The notes beneath the pieces are model-generated. The model had not been told where the DNA came from. It worked only from the letters and a program-made list of their open reading frames with translations, and ran no database searches. A stretch of 64,000 nt of DNA from Mobula hypostoma. Lineage: Eukaryota. Both the position numbers and the translations under genes were made by a program. The DNA is taken from positions 41,478,001 to 41,542,000 of the forward strand of contig NC_086102.1 of the NCBI RefSeq assembly GCF_963921235.1, given 5' to 3'. Positions 61,604 to 64,000 of the stretch are shown here, piece after piece. Numbering within the stretch: position 1 is the first letter of the stretch; each line of letters begins with the position of its first letter.

Positions 61604-64000
61604 TTACAGTCCAGGTTGGAAAAAGTATGTGAACCTTTACACTTAATAAGTTGTATTTAATAACTTTCGTATTTAAGAACCTCCTTTAGCAGCAGCAACC
61701 TTCACCAAATGTTTCCTGTAGCTGCTGATCAGACTTGCATAATGGCGAGGAGGAATTTTAGACCATTCCTCCATGCAAAACTGTATCAGTTCATCAATAT
61801 TTCTGGGCTACCTTGTGTGAACAGACCTCTTCAGGTCATGCCATAGCATTTCAAGTAGGTTAAGGTCTGGGCTCTGACTTGACCATTCCAAATCATACAT
61901 TTTTTTCTTTTTAAACCATTTTTGCTCTTGTGTTTTAGAACATTGTCTTGCTGCATCATGCAACTTCTATTACGCTTCAGGTGACAGACCACCACCCTGA
62001 CATTCTCCTGTAAAATGTCTTGATTCAATTTGGAATTCATTGTTCCTTCAACCATTGTAAGCTGTCCAGGTCCTGAGGCAACAAAGCAGTCCCAAACCAT
62101 GATGCTCTTTCCATCAGGCTTCACAGTTGGGATGAGGTTTTGGTGTTGGTCTGCAGTGCCCTTTTTCCTCCAAACATAGCAGTGTGCATTTCTGTCTAAA
62201 AGTTCAACTTTTGTCTCATCAGTCCACAGAACAATGTCCCTGAAGCATTGTGGAACAATTAGGTGGTCTTTTGCAAGCTGGGATGTGCAGCAATGTTTTT
62301 TTAGGAGAGCAGTGGTTTCTTCAGTGGTATCCCTCTATGAACACCATTCTTGTTCAGTGTTTTTCTTATAGTGGACATATGAACAGAGACTTTAGCAAGT
62401 TCTAGAGATTTCTGCAGCTGTTTTGCTGTTCCTTGGATTCTTTTTCACCTCCTTCAGCAGTGCATGTTGTGCTCTTGGTGTGATCTTTACAGGACACCCA
62501 CTCCTAGGGAGAGCAGCAACAGTACTGAATTTCCTCCATTTGTAAACAATTTCTCTTCCCGTGGACTAATGAACACTCAAGTCTTTAAAAATGCTTTGTA
62601 GCCTTTTCTAGCTTCATGCGTCTCTACAATTCTTCTAAGGTCCTCTGAAAGTTGTTTTGATTGAGGAATGGTGCACATAAACAGATCTTTCTTGAGAACA
62701 GCATGCTGTGTCAGTAACCTGACTTTGTGTGCCTTTTTCATAGGGCAGGGCACCTCTCCAACCCACACCTCCAATCTCATCTTATTGATTGGGACACCTG
62801 ACTCCAAATAGCTTTTGTAGAATGCATTACCCCAGAGGTTCACATACTTTTTAGACTGTGATTGTTTAAATGGTGTACTCTGTATTGATGAGAAGTATAA
62901 TTGTTTGTGTTTTATTAGTTTATGCAGATTGTGTTTGTCTATTATTGTGACTTAGTTGAAGATCAGACCACATTTTGAGTAATTAATGCAGTAAACCAGG
63001 TAATTGCAAAGAGTTAACTTGCAACAGTATGTAACGACCTGTCATGACCCACCAGTCACAAAATGTATCAGTATCTAATAGAGAAATGATGACCTCATTG
63101 GAGTATCTGCAACACTGGGCAACATAACTTAGGAAAGATGTCAAGGTCTTGGGGAAGGTGCAAGGTATAGAATGGTACTAAAGATGAGAGATTAGAATTA
63201 CATAGACTAAAAATTTTAGGATTGTTCTTAGAACATTTAGAAAATATTAAGAGAGAGAGGGAAGAATAAAGTGATGATAATATTAAGCTTGATGAAATAA
63301 AAATGATAAATAATTTCCAGTGGCCTGGCTAAAGTAACTAAAGAATACACATTTAAAACACAGAATGAGAGACTTGTGAAGATAAATTCTGCGCTGGTCT
63401 GGTGATACAGCATGTAGAGCTTTAACTGGATAATGCAGGTGGAACCAACGTAAGCATCTGGGTCTAGAAAGAATGGTTTTGCAAGGAACATAGTTTAAGG
63501 GAAAAAAAAATCATATCTAAGTTATGACTAGCCTGACAGTTATTCCGGGCAGAGGCCGACCAATTAAAGTTACACCGAACCTTACCACTAACGTGCACCA
63601 CCTTCCTTTTCCTCCACCTTACATAAATGATGGCAGGATGTGGAACTAGAGAATGACCTTTAGGTAACGAGAGCCTCTTTTTGTAGTGCAGATGGTGATC
63701 ATCAAATAACCAGTGAAATGTTGTCTTTGAACTTACAGTACATTGATGGTTAATAGTAATACAAACATGGCCCAATGAAGGAAAAGCAGGGCCACAAGGT
63801 TGCAGATCTGGGCCCCCGGATGCTGTTTGCAAACATCTTCCATTGCACTCTCGCAAGCCCATGTGTATGACAATTTTACAATCAATCCTTCCCTAACTAC
63901 TTCCTGTTCACTGTCCACCAGATCTGTAAACGTTACCCATCCTATTCAGACCATTGTCATTGGACTGAACTATCCTACCAAAGGTGTTAACAGAAATAAC

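Larger units (their letters stand above)
57256..63027 (-). mobile_element. Tc1/mariner transposon of IR/DR type with decayed transposase (~62670-61650), hosting two CR1 insertions in its left TIR
   Basis: TA|tagttgcaag ... cttgcaacag|TA; inner repeats aaaagtatgtgaacc (61622) and ggttcacatactttt (62837); PQSKQLSEDLRRIVE.H..KGYK, SIMVWDCF..SGPG and QQDN..KH motifs. Confidence 0.85.

Noticed and set aside
63030-64000. Search for MIX23 exon 1 (MAAP..CEEF..FQ-like)
   Set aside because: No matching frame or CpG island seen; it probably lies beyond the window.

Overview
Eukaryotic (vertebrate) genomic DNA. The repeat content (CR1 LINEs with (TTCTATGT)n tails, HE1/V-SINE-like and Penelope-derived repeats) suggests a cartilaginous fish, probably a ray or shark; this is inference. 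Most ORFs in the track are retroelement debris. The real genes are small spliced exons. (1) A tandem array of 13-18 kb duplication units, each carrying a 3-exon stefin (type 1 cystatin, QVVAG motif) on the + strand. Copy A (5418-11501) has lost exon 1. Copy B (15924-27823) has an intact 103-aa ORF but a LINE at its predicted transcription start. Copy C (33932-42376) is fully intact. (2) Exons 2-5 of MIX23/CCDC58 on the - strand (57206 to 45297), tail-to-tail with the array, the same neighbour and orientation as human CSTA. Main findings: each duplication unit also carries an intact, spliceable copy of the MIX23 last exon (4 copies); amino-acid change between stefin paralogs is concentrated in exon 3, around the second binding loop; the same RNase H-bearing LINE sits at the same stefin start site in two copies; a minimal hammerhead ribozyme core lies in an intronic Penelope-like element; and a ~1 kb foldback element lies in stefin intron 1.
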